Source: Alphaproteobacteria bacterium (GTDB taxonomy: Bacteria; Pseudomonadota; Alphaproteobacteria; MPNO01). Taken from it: 64,000 bases of DNA. Of the stretch, positions 1 through 8,683 are shown piece after piece. The position numbers were made by a program, and so were the translations under genes. The stretch spans positions 2,176,001 to 2,240,000 of the forward strand of contig CBDFLJ010000002.1 of the NCBI GenBank assembly GCA_965248835.1, written 5' to 3'. The first letter of the stretch is position 1, and each line of letters starts with the position of its first letter. A model generated the notes under the pieces. That model made no database searches, was not told the origin of the DNA, and saw only the letters and a list, made by a program, of their open reading frames with translations.

Positions 1-467
1 TCAGGGTCAGCGGGCTGGGCGATCGCTGGTTCACCGCGCCGGTCGAGATGCCGCGCGGGCTGTATTTCCCTGGCTTCACCGAGGCCGATGCCAACCCGGA
101 CCTGGGCGATTCGACCATCATCGAAACCGTGGGGCTGGGCGGGTTCGCGATGGCGGCCTCGCCCGCGGTCGCCGGCTTCGTCGGCGCCGGCACCGCAGCC
201 GAGGCGCTCGATTACACCAGGACGATGTACGAGATCACGGTTGCACGGAACGGCGAATGGTCGATCCCGGGCCTCGATTTCGCCGGCGTGCCCACCGGGA
301 TCGATATCCGCAAGGTTGTCGCGACCGGGATCGCGCCGACGATCAACACCGGCATCGCCCACCGCGAGCCCGGCATCGGCCAGGTCGGCGCCGGCGTGGT
401 CCGCGCCCCGATGGCCTGTTTCGAGCAAGCCTTGGCGGCCTTCGCCGAGACGATGGGCGTGGCATGA
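1..467 (+). CDS. ylbE: YlbE/YahG (DUF1116) family protein, putative oxamic transcarbamylase subunit (AllG-like); 5' end outside window
   Basis: Characteristic C-terminal motifs GLYFPGFTEADANPDLGDS, GVPTGIDIRKVV, INTGIAHREPGIGQVGAG; stop overlaps the fdrA start (ATGA at 464-467). Confidence 0.85.
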   Translation, partial: RVSGLGDRWFTAPVEMPRGLYFPGFTEADANPDLGDSTIIETVGLGGFAMAASPAVAGFVGAGTAAEALDYTRTMYEITVARNGEWSIPGLDFAGVPTGIDIRKVVATGIAPTINTGIAHREPGIGQVGAGVVRAPMACFEQALAAFAETMGVA

Positions 468-1960
468 ACGAGCCGGTCGTCGGGACCAGAACTCGGGCCG
501 GGTTCTATCTCGATTCGGTGGCCCTGATGCGTATTTCGAGTCAGGTCGCCGCGCGCGCGGATGTGCTCGATGCCTCGCTGATGATCGGCAGCCCGTCGAA
601 CAAGGCGCTCCTGCGCGAGGCCGGCCTGTTCGACGAGGCGGCGGGTGCGGCCGGCCCCAACGACCTGATCGTCGCGGTCCGCGCCCGCGATGAAGCAGCG
701 CTGGCGGCCGCGCTGGCGGCCGCGGAAGCCGCGTTGCAGATGCCGGCGGCCGGCGGCGAGGCGGCCGGTGGCGGCTGGCGTCCGCGCACGCTGGAGACCG
801 GGCTGGAGGCGCTGCCCGGCGCAAACCTCGCGATCATTTCCGTTCCGGGTGATTTCGCGGCCCGCGAGGCCCGCCGGGCGCTGCGGCGCGGCCTGCATGT
901 GATGCTTTTTTCCGACAACGTGCCGGTCGACGACGAGGTCGCGCTCAAGGATATGGCGGCCGAGCGCGGTCTGTTGATGATGGGGCCGGATTGCGGGACG
1001 GCGATCCTGGCCGGCGTACCGCTGGGGTTCGCCAACGTCGTCCCGCGCGGCGATATCGGTCTGATCGCCGCCTCGGGAACCGGGCTGCAGGAAGTCGCCT
1101 GCCTGATCGCGCGGGCGGGCGGTGGGGTCAGCCACGCCATCGGCGTCGGCGGGCGCGACATGGGCCAAGCGGTCGGCGGGCGGATGACCCTGGCCGCGAT
1201 CGATGGCCTGGACCGGGATCCCGAGACGCGCCGGATCGTGTTGATCTCCAAGCCGCCGGACCCCGCCACCGCGCAGCGGATCGCCGAACGCATCGCAAGA
1301 AGCCGAAAGCATTTCACGGTCTGCTTCATCGGCATGGCGCCAATGGACCTGCCCGGCAACGCCACCCAGGTGGCGACACTCCGCGCGGCCGCTTCCGATG
1401 CGATGGATGAGGATGGGATCGGCCGGACGCCGGGGCTCCGTGAGGCGCTGCCGCAGGCACGAGCGGGCGGCCTGCGTGGCCTGTTTGCCGGCGGCTCGCT
1501 TTGCGCCGAAGCCCAGGCGGTGCTGATCCAGGCCAGGATCCAGGCCGCCTCCAACGTCGCGATCCCCGGCGCCAAGCCGATCGCGCAAGCCACGGACGGC
1601 ATGGCGGTGCTGATCGACCTTGGCGCCGACGAATACACCCGCGGGCGGCCCCATCCGATGATCGAGCCGGCCGTGCGCGAGGATCCGCTGGCCCAGGCGA
1701 TGGCCGACCCGGGCGTCGCCGTGGTGCTGGTCGACGTCGTCATCGGCTACGGCGCCCACGAAGACCCCGCGGGCCGGCTGGTCGCAGCCCTTGGCGGGCG
1801 GGCACCCGCTGCGCCGCTGGTGATCGCCTCGGTATGCGGCACCGAGGCGGACCCCCAGGTGCTGTCCGATCAGATCGGTATCCTGCGCGCGGCGGGGGTA
1901 TGGGTTGCCGCGTCCAACGCCGAAGCCGCCGAGCTCGCGGCCGCCCTGCTGTCGGGCTGA
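464..1960 (+). CDS. fdrA: Acyl-CoA synthetase-like FdrA (AllF-like)
   Basis: YLDSVALM N-terminus, MLFSDNV, LMMGPDCGTA, ASGTGLQE, IGVGGRD, LISKPP, DLGADEYTRGRPHPMI; adjacent to ylbE/ylbF. Confidence 0.9.
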   Translation: MNEPVVGTRTRAGFYLDSVALMRISSQVAARADVLDASLMIGSPSNKALLREAGLFDEAAGAAGPNDLIVAVRARDEAALAAALAAAEAALQMPAAGGEAAGGGWRPRTLETGLEALPGANLAIISVPGDFAAREARRALRRGLHVMLFSDNVPVDDEVALKDMAAERGLLMMGPDCGTAILAGVPLGFANVVPRGDIGLIAASGTGLQEVACLIARAGGGVSHAIGVGGRDMGQAVGGRMTLAAIDGLDRDPETRRIVLISKPPDPATAQRIAERIARSRKHFTVCFIGMAPMDLPGNATQVATLRAAASDAMDEDGIGRTPGLREALPQARAGGLRGLFAGGSLCAEAQAVLIQARIQAASNVAIPGAKPIAQATDGMAVLIDLGADEYTRGRPHPMIEPAVREDPLAQAMADPGVAVVLVDVVIGYGAHEDPAGRLVAALGGRAPAAPLVIASVCGTEADPQVLSDQIGILRAAGVWVAASNAEAAELAAALLSG

Positions 1961-2820
1961 GTGCCGAGCGCCAAGACGGCGCCGGCCAGGGCATCCCAGC
2001 CGGAGCTGTGGCCGATCCGATCGATCGCGGCCAGACCGGCATCGAGCGCCGCATCATCCATGCGATCGAGCGCGGCCAGCGTCTCGTGCAGGGCCGCAGC
2101 GCCCTCGCCGCCGGCCGCCGCGGCGAGATGGGAAAGGCTGATCCGCCCGGTCGCCCGGCGGGCACGCGCCATGACGGCGCCGGCGAGGCGATCGGCAGCC
2201 GCGTAGCTTGCCGCCGCCCTAAGCGCGATCATCATGCCGCCCAGGAAGTCATCGCCCGAGGGCGTAAGTCCCGGACCGAGGCCGACCAGCCGTTCGATGG
2301 CGTCACCGGGCGGCGCCTCTGCCGCGCCGCGGCCAAGCCAGGCGGCAAGTGCGTCGATGCCGGGTGCGGCGCGATCGAGCAGCGGCGACGAGGCAGCCCT
2401 GCCGCGCACCGCCAGCGGCGCCAAGCCGTCCGCCCGCGCATACCGCGCCGCCTTGTCGGCGAGAGCCTCGAGTGCCGGGCGAGTCACACGGATCGGCCCC
2501 GCCGAGGGCGCGTAGAGGCGCGCTGCGCCGATCTCGATGACCGGCCCGCCGGGCAATCGGCACCCGGCGCCGGTGGGCGTGAGGTGGTCGCCGGCCCGAA
2601 ATCGGAGCGCCGGCCAATCCGGTGCCAACGCGTTGAGCGGTCCGGCGCCGATCGACATCGGGCCGAGGCAGGCAAGGGCGCCGGTCGCGTTCTCGCACAG
2701 ATAGAGGCTGCGCTCGAAGGCCGCGAACACCACGCCCGGCCGCAGGGCGAGGCCCGCCATGACACACGCCGCATGGCGGCCGATCAGCGCGATTCGGATC
2801 GTCCCGGCAGCCTCAGCCAT
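1870..2820 (-). CDS. ylbF: DUF2877 (YlbF/AllH-like) protein
   Basis: LVGLGPGLTPSGDDFLGG and IGHSSGWDALAG motifs; context; 3' end overlaps convergent fdrA. Confidence 0.85.
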   Translation of the reverse strand: MAEAAGTIRIALIGRHAACVMAGLALRPGVVFAAFERSLYLCENATGALACLGPMSIGAGPLNALAPDWPALRFRAGDHLTPTGAGCRLPGGPVIEIGAARLYAPSAGPIRVTRPALEALADKAARYARADGLAPLAVRGRAASSPLLDRAAPGIDALAAWLGRGAAEAPPGDAIERLVGLGPGLTPSGDDFLGGMMIALRAAASYAAADRLAGAVMARARRATGRISLSHLAAAAGGEGAAALHETLAALDRMDDAALDAGLAAIDRIGHSSGWDALAGAVLALGTQPDSRAAASSAASALDAATHTPAARRIPI

Positions 2821-3775
2821 CGGACAGAATTTGGGTGCCCGACTCCCCGGTCAGCGCCTCCAGCGCCTCTTCGAGATGTCCGATGATCACGCGCTTGCCG
2901 CCGCGCTCGATGAAATCGATCGCGGCTTCGATCTTGGGACCCATGCTGCCCGGCGGGAACTGGCCTTCCGCCAGGTGGCGGCGGGCATCGGCGAGCCCGA
3001 TCGTCGCCAGCTCCTGCGCGCTCGGCGTGCCGAATTCGATCGCCACGCGGCCGACCCCGGTCAGGATCATCAAGGTGTCGATGCCCAGAACGCTGGCCAT
3101 CAGCGCGGAGGTGAGGTCCTTGTCGATCACCGCCTCTATCCCTGTGCGCACGCCGTTGTTTGCGCGCAGCACCGGGATTCCGCCGCCGCCGCCGGCGATC
3201 ACGACCGCGCCGGCGCGCGACAGATCGCGGACCAGCGATATGTCGGCGACGTGCTTGGGCCGCGGCGATGGCACGACATGGCGCCAGCCGCGCCCGGAGT
3301 CCTCGCGCATCGCCCAGCCGGTCTCCTTGGACAGGGCTTGGGCCTCGTCCTCGGAATAGAAATATCCGATCGGCTTGGTCGGCGCGGCGAAGGCCGGGTC
3401 GTCCGGGTCGACCTCGACCTGGGTCAGCAAGCACACGACGTGGCGCGGATCGCCGACCTCGCGCAGCGCGTTCTCCATTGCCTGCATCAGGAGATAGGCG
3501 ATGCCGCCCTGGCTGTGCGCGACACAGATATCGAGCGACATCGGCGTGACCCGGTCCCGGGCGATCGCCTGGCGCATCAGGATCTTGCCGACGACCGGGC
3601 CGTTGCCGTGGGTGATCACCAGCTCGCGCCCCAGCCGCATCAGCGGCAGCAGCGAACGGCCGGCCTTCTCGGCATAGTGCTGCTGCTGCTTGACGGTGCC
3701 GGAGATCCCCTCCGGATGGATCGCATTCCCGCCGATTGCAACCAACAGCCGATCGGGGATAGGAAACCGCGCCAA
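2813..3775 (-). CDS. arcC: Carbamate kinase (ArcC/YbcF-AllK family)
   Basis: VAIGGNAI, ITHGNGPVVG, PTKPIG, GGGGIPV, EAVIDKD, GSMGPKIEAA; TTG start at 3775 chosen for an AGGAG RBS at 3783-3787. Confidence 0.92.
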   Translation of the reverse strand: MARFPIPDRLLVAIGGNAIHPEGISGTVKQQQHYAEKAGRSLLPLMRLGRELVITHGNGPVVGKILMRQAIARDRVTPMSLDICVAHSQGGIAYLLMQAMENALREVGDPRHVVCLLTQVEVDPDDPAFAAPTKPIGYFYSEDEAQALSKETGWAMREDSGRGWRHVVPSPRPKHVADISLVRDLSRAGAVVIAGGGGGIPVLRANNGVRTGIEAVIDKDLTSALMASVLGIDTLMILTGVGRVAIEFGTPSAQELATIGLADARRHLAEGQFPPGSMGPKIEAAIDFIERGGKRVIIGHLEEALEALTGESGTQILSDG

Positions 3776-3895
3776 TAGCCAACTCCTGGACGTGGTTGCA
3801 TGTACGGCCTTGGGAGGGTACCCCATCAGCGCCTCGCTTGACGACGCGCAAATGTTCTGGATCGATCACGCGCTGCGTTGCCGCCAGGCCAGGCT

Positions 3896-3942
3896 AGGCC
3901 GGGCCGGACATCCAAACAGGCCGGGCCGGACATCCAAACAGG
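3896..3942. repeat. Perfect 22-bp tandem duplication AGGCCGGGCCGGACATCCAAAC x2 in the divergent intergenic region
   Basis: Units at 3896-3917 and 3918-3939 plus a partial AGG, read directly. Confidence 0.9.
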
Positions 3943-3956
3943 GAAGTATGCGTTCA

Positions 3957-5201
3957 ATGTCGCTACTCTTCGAGGACCTCAACCCGCCGCCGCGCCTGTT
4001 GATGGGGCCGGGGCCGATCAACGTCGATCCGCGGGTCCTGCGCGCGATGTCGATGCCCATGCTGGGCCAGTTCGACCCGGTGTTCACCAACTACATGAAC
4101 GAGGTGATGGTCCTGCTGCGCCAGGTGTTCGCGACCGGCAACCACTGGTCGCTCCTGGTCGACGGCACCGCGCGCGCCGCGATCGAGGCGATCCTGACCT
4201 CGATCATCGAGCCGGGTGATCGGGTTCTGGTGCCGGTCTCCGGCCGGTTCGGCCAACTCCTGTGCGAGATCGCTGAACGCGCGGGCGCGGATGTGCGTAC
4301 CATCGAGGCGGAATGGGGCACGGTGTTCAGCGCCGATCAGGTCGAGGATGCGCTCAAGCGCGAGCGCCCGAGGGTGGTCGCCGCCGTCCACGGCGACACC
4401 TCGACCACCATGGCCCAGCCGCTGGATGAAATCGGCCCGCTATGCCGGCGCTACGATGCACTGCTGTTCGTCGATGCGACCGCGACGCTGGGCGGCATGC
4501 CGTTCCCGGTCGACGACTGGCAGATCGACGCGGCTTCGGCGGGTCTTCAGAAATGCCTTTCCGGCCCGTCGGGCTCTGCGCCGATCACCTTCAACGACCG
4601 GGTGGTCGAGGTTCTTCGTCGACGCCGCCACATCGAGCGCGGCATCCGGCCGGAGGGGTTCGACGCCGGCGAGGGCTTGCAGATCCGCTCGAACTATTTC
4701 GATCTGCCGATGCTGATGGACTACTGGTCGGAGATGCGGCTGAACCACCACACCGAGGCGACCTCGATGCTCTATGCGGCGCGCGAATGCTGCCGGATCG
4801 CGCTGGACGAAGGGCTTCAGGCGCGGTTCTCCCGCCACGACCTCGCGGGCCGCTCGCTGGTCGCCGGCATCCAGGCGATGGGGCTGTCGATCTTCGGCGA
4901 CGTCGACAACAAGATGCCCAACGTCACCGGCATCCTCATCCCCGACGGAATCGAAGGCGACCGGGTGATCAAGGACATGCTGGAGGATTTCGGAATCGAG
5001 ATCGGCACCTCCTTCGGCCAGCTGCGCGGCAAGATCTGGCGCATCGGCGTAATGGCCTATAACTGCCGCAAGGACGCGGTGCTGACGACCCTGGCGGCGT
5101 TCGAGGCGACGCTTCGGCGGCAGGGATTCGCAGCCCCTCCGGGCGCCGGCGTCGATGCGGCACTGGCGACGTGGCAAGCCGGTGCGGCGGGCTCAGATTG
5201 A
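3957..5201 (+). CDS. pucG: Class V PLP aminotransferase, PucG/HpxJ-like (S)-ureidoglycine-glyoxylate transaminase
   Basis: RLLMGPGP, LGQFDP, HGDTST, GLQKC (PLP Lys), SNYFDL, RLNHHTEATSMLY and WRIG are typical of PucG; alternative start at 3948. Confidence 0.8.
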   Translation: MSLLFEDLNPPPRLLMGPGPINVDPRVLRAMSMPMLGQFDPVFTNYMNEVMVLLRQVFATGNHWSLLVDGTARAAIEAILTSIIEPGDRVLVPVSGRFGQLLCEIAERAGADVRTIEAEWGTVFSADQVEDALKRERPRVVAAVHGDTSTTMAQPLDEIGPLCRRYDALLFVDATATLGGMPFPVDDWQIDAASAGLQKCLSGPSGSAPITFNDRVVEVLRRRRHIERGIRPEGFDAGEGLQIRSNYFDLPMLMDYWSEMRLNHHTEATSMLYAARECCRIALDEGLQARFSRHDLAGRSLVAGIQAMGLSIFGDVDNKMPNVTGILIPDGIEGDRVIKDMLEDFGIEIGTSFGQLRGKIWRIGVMAYNCRKDAVLTTLAAFEATLRRQGFAAPPGAGVDAALATWQAGAAGSD

Positions 5202-5343
5202 CCCCGACCAGCGGGGACGGTAGCCTCCGGTCCGACCCGAACAGCGCCGGACCGCATTTTCGATTGCAGGCGCGCCGATCGCAACGGCGGCGGCCGAATG
5301 AGCCTCGCCCGGCGGCCGGGTGGAGACAGACGGGAGCTATCCG

Positions 5344-6471
5344 ATGGCACAGAAAAAAGCGGTCTTCCTCGACCGGACCGGCTACAAGACGCCCCGGCTC
5401 GACCTCTGGGAGCCGGTGGTCATCCCCAAGGAGGATATCGACGAGGAGGTCGGCCGGCTCGCCGGTCTCGACCGGCCGGACAACGGTCGGCGGCACTCGA
5501 TCCTCGCCCATCCCGACTGGCAGAAGCTCGGCGTCGGCCCCGGCCTGCAGCCCGGCATCAGGGTGACACTGGAGGTGCTGCGCCCGGGCGAGCAGTCCGC
5601 GCCGATCCGCCACAACTCCACCCAGGTGAATTTCTGCATCGGCGGCAGCGGCCATTCGATCGTCAACGGCAAGCGCTTCGATTTCGCCCGCTACGATGTC
5701 TGGAATTTTCCCTCGATGGCGACCTATTGGCACGTCAACGACGGCAAGGAAATCCAGGTCAGGCTGAGCTACTCCAACGCTCCGCTGCTGGAAAAGATGA
5801 ACGTCCATATCGTCGAGGAGGAACCGCCGCCGCTGATCGAGGCCGTCGGCGGCGCCGATGCGCAGGCCGAAGCCGAGCCGGACGAGCGCGACGTCAACCC
5901 CTATGGCACCTTCCAGCTCACCGAGGACGGCGCCTGGCTGATGCCCTACGAGACGCTGATCAACCCCTCGGCGGTCGATTCCAAGGCGCTGCAATGGCCG
6001 TGGCAGGACGTCAAGCGCGAACTCGACAAGCTCCAGGCGCTGGGCCGGGACTATCGCGGGCGCAGGCTCTACCTCCTGTTCAATCCGATGACCGGCCGGT
6101 TCAACGGCACCACTCCCAGCTTCTTCGCCACCATGACGGTCCGCCCGGCCAAGATCGTCGACCGCCCGCACCGCCATGTCTCGGCCGCGATCAACTACTA
6201 TTTCTCGGGCCGCGGACGCTCGACCGTCGAAGGCAAGGTCTATGAATGGAAGGCCGGAGACCTGATGCTGTCGGCGCCCGGCTGGGCGGTCCACAACCAC
6301 GCCTCCTACGACGAGCAGGTCTACGAGCTCACCATCCAGGACCAGCCGCTCAACATCGTCATGGAGTCGCTGCTGTGGCAGGAGGACCTCAAGCACCCGT
6401 GGTCGGTGCTGGGCGCCAATGTCGGCTTCGGGACCAACGCCGAGCAGGTCAAGAGCGCCTTGGGCGAATAA
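5344..6471 (+). CDS. Bicupin, gentisate 1,2-dioxygenase / 1-hydroxy-2-naphthoate dioxygenase-like
   Basis: Two cupin repeats; the C-terminal cupin carries PHRH and WAVHNH metal motifs; WPW, RRLYLLFNP and IQDQPL segments. Confidence 0.7.
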   Translation: MAQKKAVFLDRTGYKTPRLDLWEPVVIPKEDIDEEVGRLAGLDRPDNGRRHSILAHPDWQKLGVGPGLQPGIRVTLEVLRPGEQSAPIRHNSTQVNFCIGGSGHSIVNGKRFDFARYDVWNFPSMATYWHVNDGKEIQVRLSYSNAPLLEKMNVHIVEEEPPPLIEAVGGADAQAEAEPDERDVNPYGTFQLTEDGAWLMPYETLINPSAVDSKALQWPWQDVKRELDKLQALGRDYRGRRLYLLFNPMTGRFNGTTPSFFATMTVRPAKIVDRPHRHVSAAINYYFSGRGRSTVEGKVYEWKAGDLMLSAPGWAVHNHASYDEQVYELTIQDQPLNIVMESLLWQEDLKHPWSVLGANVGFGTNAEQVKSALGE

Positions 6472-6478
6472 CCCGGCC

Positions 6479-7378
6479 ATGATGACGCTGCCCAAGGGTT
6501 CTCTGCGCGGCTCGATCCCGCCCCTGATCACCCCGTTCCGGCAGGGCGAGGTCGACTATGCGGCGTATGCCCGCATGGTCGAGTTCCAGATCGACAACGG
6601 CTCCCACGGCATCCTGGTCAACGGCACCACGTCGGAGCCCTCGACGCTCACGCTGGAAGAGCGCAACCGGGCCGTCGATGTCGCGGTCGAGGCCGCGGCG
6701 GGCCGCGTGCCGATCGTTGCCGCGACGGGCTCGCAGTCCTTCGCGGAGACCCGGGCGCTTACCCGGCATGCCGCCAAGGCCGGCGCGGACGCGCTGCTGA
6801 TCGTCACGCCCTACTACATCCGGCCGCCGCAGCGCGGGCTGGTCGCCTACTACCTGGAGCTCGCCAAGGAAACCGACCTGCCGTGGATGATCTATCACAT
6901 ACCCGGCCGGGCGGCGGTCTCGGTGAGCCTGGAGACCATGTGTGAGATCGCCGAGAAGTCATCGACCTTCGTCGGCATGAAGCACGCCGTGGACGATCTC
7001 GGCTTCGTCAGCCAGTGCCTTGACCGGCTGGGCATGGATCTGAGGATCTTCGTCGGGCTCGAAGACCTCAGCTATCCGATGATGGCCGTCGGTGCCTGCG
7101 GGCTGATGAACGCGGTGGGAAACCTCCAGCCCGCGCGGCTTGCCGCGTTGTGCGATGCCATCTGGTCGGGTGATCTGAAACAGGCCCAGGCGCTCCATTA
7201 CGCGCTGTTCGAGATCAACCAGGCGGTGTTCTACGACACCAACCCGATCGCGATGAAATACATGATGAAGCGCCTGGGCATCATTCCCGAGAACGAGCAC
7301 CGGCTGCCGATGGTCCCGGCGACGCCCGAGCTCGAACGCCGCCTCGATGGCGTGCTGGAGCGTGCGGGCCTGATCTGA
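6479..7378 (+). CDS. DapA/NAL-family class I aldolase (similar to HpaI-type catabolic aldolases)
   Basis: GSIPPLITPF, NGTTSE, VTPYY, IYHIPGR, Schiff-base Lys in VGMKHA, TNPIAMK. Confidence 0.8.
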   Translation: MMTLPKGSLRGSIPPLITPFRQGEVDYAAYARMVEFQIDNGSHGILVNGTTSEPSTLTLEERNRAVDVAVEAAAGRVPIVAATGSQSFAETRALTRHAAKAGADALLIVTPYYIRPPQRGLVAYYLELAKETDLPWMIYHIPGRAAVSVSLETMCEIAEKSSTFVGMKHAVDDLGFVSQCLDRLGMDLRIFVGLEDLSYPMMAVGACGLMNAVGNLQPARLAALCDAIWSGDLKQAQALHYALFEINQAVFYDTNPIAMKYMMKRLGIIPENEHRLPMVPATPELERRLDGVLERAGLI

Positions 7379-7388
7379 AGCCCGAAAA

Positions 7389-8144
7389 TCACCTCAAGGC
7401 GGAACCGCCGGTCGTGCGGCGGCGGCCGGCCAGCGCACGGGCCAGCGCGGCGTAGTCCGCCGCGAGGCTCCGGCCCGGGCTCTGCGGATCGGCCGCACAC
7501 GCAGCGCACATGTTCAAGCTGGTACGCGGCGCCGGCAGGACCCGGACGGCTGCGGCCATGCGCGCGCGCTCCTCCTCGGTCTCCGGCAGGACCGGCTGCC
7601 CGGCCGCCGCGAGCCGGCGCATCTCGGCCTCTTCGCCGCCGGCGCGGCGTCGGATCAGATCGAAGCGCGCGCGCTCGAGCGCCGCCATGCTGGCGTAGTG
7701 CGCGGCAACGCAGCATTCGGGAAAGCCGAGCAGCCGGGCTTCCCGGGCGATGCCCGGCTGCGCGCCGGCGGCGAGTTCCGCAAGCTCGGAAGCGACACGC
7801 CTGGTCTTGGCGACGTAACAGGCCTGACCGGCGGCCAGGCGCTCGCGCGTCGGCGCGGTGAACCAGGAGGGAAGCGCCTCATCGGCCGGCGCGGCGTGCC
7901 AGTAAGGCCCGGTGAGGACATGAAACCCGCCGGTCCGGGCGACCGCTTCCACGGTGTCGCGCCATCCCGTCTCGTCGAAACCGCGGCCGGTAAGGTAGAC
8001 CGGCTTGATGCCGGCCGCCATGGCGATGAAATCGAGCGCCTCCTGGCCGGCGGTTGCAGCGACATAGCCGTCGGTCCAAGCGATCGGTGCCGCGTAGAGC
8101 TTCTTCATCAGACTGCGCAGCCGGGGCAGGTTCGCGATCTTCAT
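7389..8144 (-). CDS. Hypothetical protein with ARLLGFPECC and CAAC motifs
   Basis: 251-aa ORF; ATG at 8144 overlaps the upstream stop (ATGA); host-like GC-rich codon usage. Confidence 0.65.
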   Translation of the reverse strand: MKIANLPRLRSLMKKLYAAPIAWTDGYVAATAGQEALDFIAMAAGIKPVYLTGRGFDETGWRDTVEAVARTGGFHVLTGPYWHAAPADEALPSWFTAPTRERLAAGQACYVAKTRRVASELAELAAGAQPGIAREARLLGFPECCVAAHYASMAALERARFDLIRRRAGGEEAEMRRLAAAGQPVLPETEEERARMAAAVRVLPAPRTSLNMCAACAADPQSPGRSLAADYAALARALAGRRRTTGGSALR

Positions 8145-8683
8145 TCTCCGGCCGCTCTCCTGGTCGGCCCGCCCGTGCGGACGAGGATCGCCACGACGAT
8201 CGAGACACCGACGCCGGAGCCGTAGTTGCGCGCAAGGCTGGTCAATGTCGAGGCCTCGGTGCGGAACCGCGGCGGCAGAGTCTCGAAGGCAATCACCGTC
8301 AGCGGCACCCAGACGAAGCCGATCCCGAGCCCGTTGAAGAAGGCCGCGATGGTAACGTCCATCAGCTCCACGTCGGCGGAAAACGTCGACAGGCTGTACG
8401 ACGAGATCGCGACGCAGCCAAAGCCCAGCGCGGTGACCAACCTGCCGTCGATATGGCGCACCATCCAGCCCGCGGTCAGCAGCGAGATCATCGTGCCCAG
8501 CCCGCGCGGCGCCATGACCAGACCGGCGGTCATCACCGGCAGTCCGCCCTGCATGTGGGGAAGCGATATCGAGGCGATGGTCATGTCGAGGATGACGACC
8601 GTCGTCGCCATCATGGCCGCCACGGTGACCATCGATCGCGCGGGCCCCGATCCGGCGCGATCGGCGCCGGAAAGAGCGGTCAC
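8141..8683 (-). pseudogene. EmrB/QacA (DHA2 MFS) with a large in-frame internal deletion, 180 aa
   Basis: TM1 motif ILDMTIASISLPHMQG is joined directly to second-half motif PVMTAGLVMAPRG, then GIGFVWVPL and LARNYGS; far shorter than a typical ~500-aa DHA2 protein. Confidence 0.75.

Noticed and set aside
3896-3942. CRISPR array
   Set aside because: Only two adjacent units, no spacers, no cas genes
6479-7378. Housekeeping dapA
   Set aside because: GTTSE and YHIP variants and the catabolic context favour another aldolase; no symbol assigned
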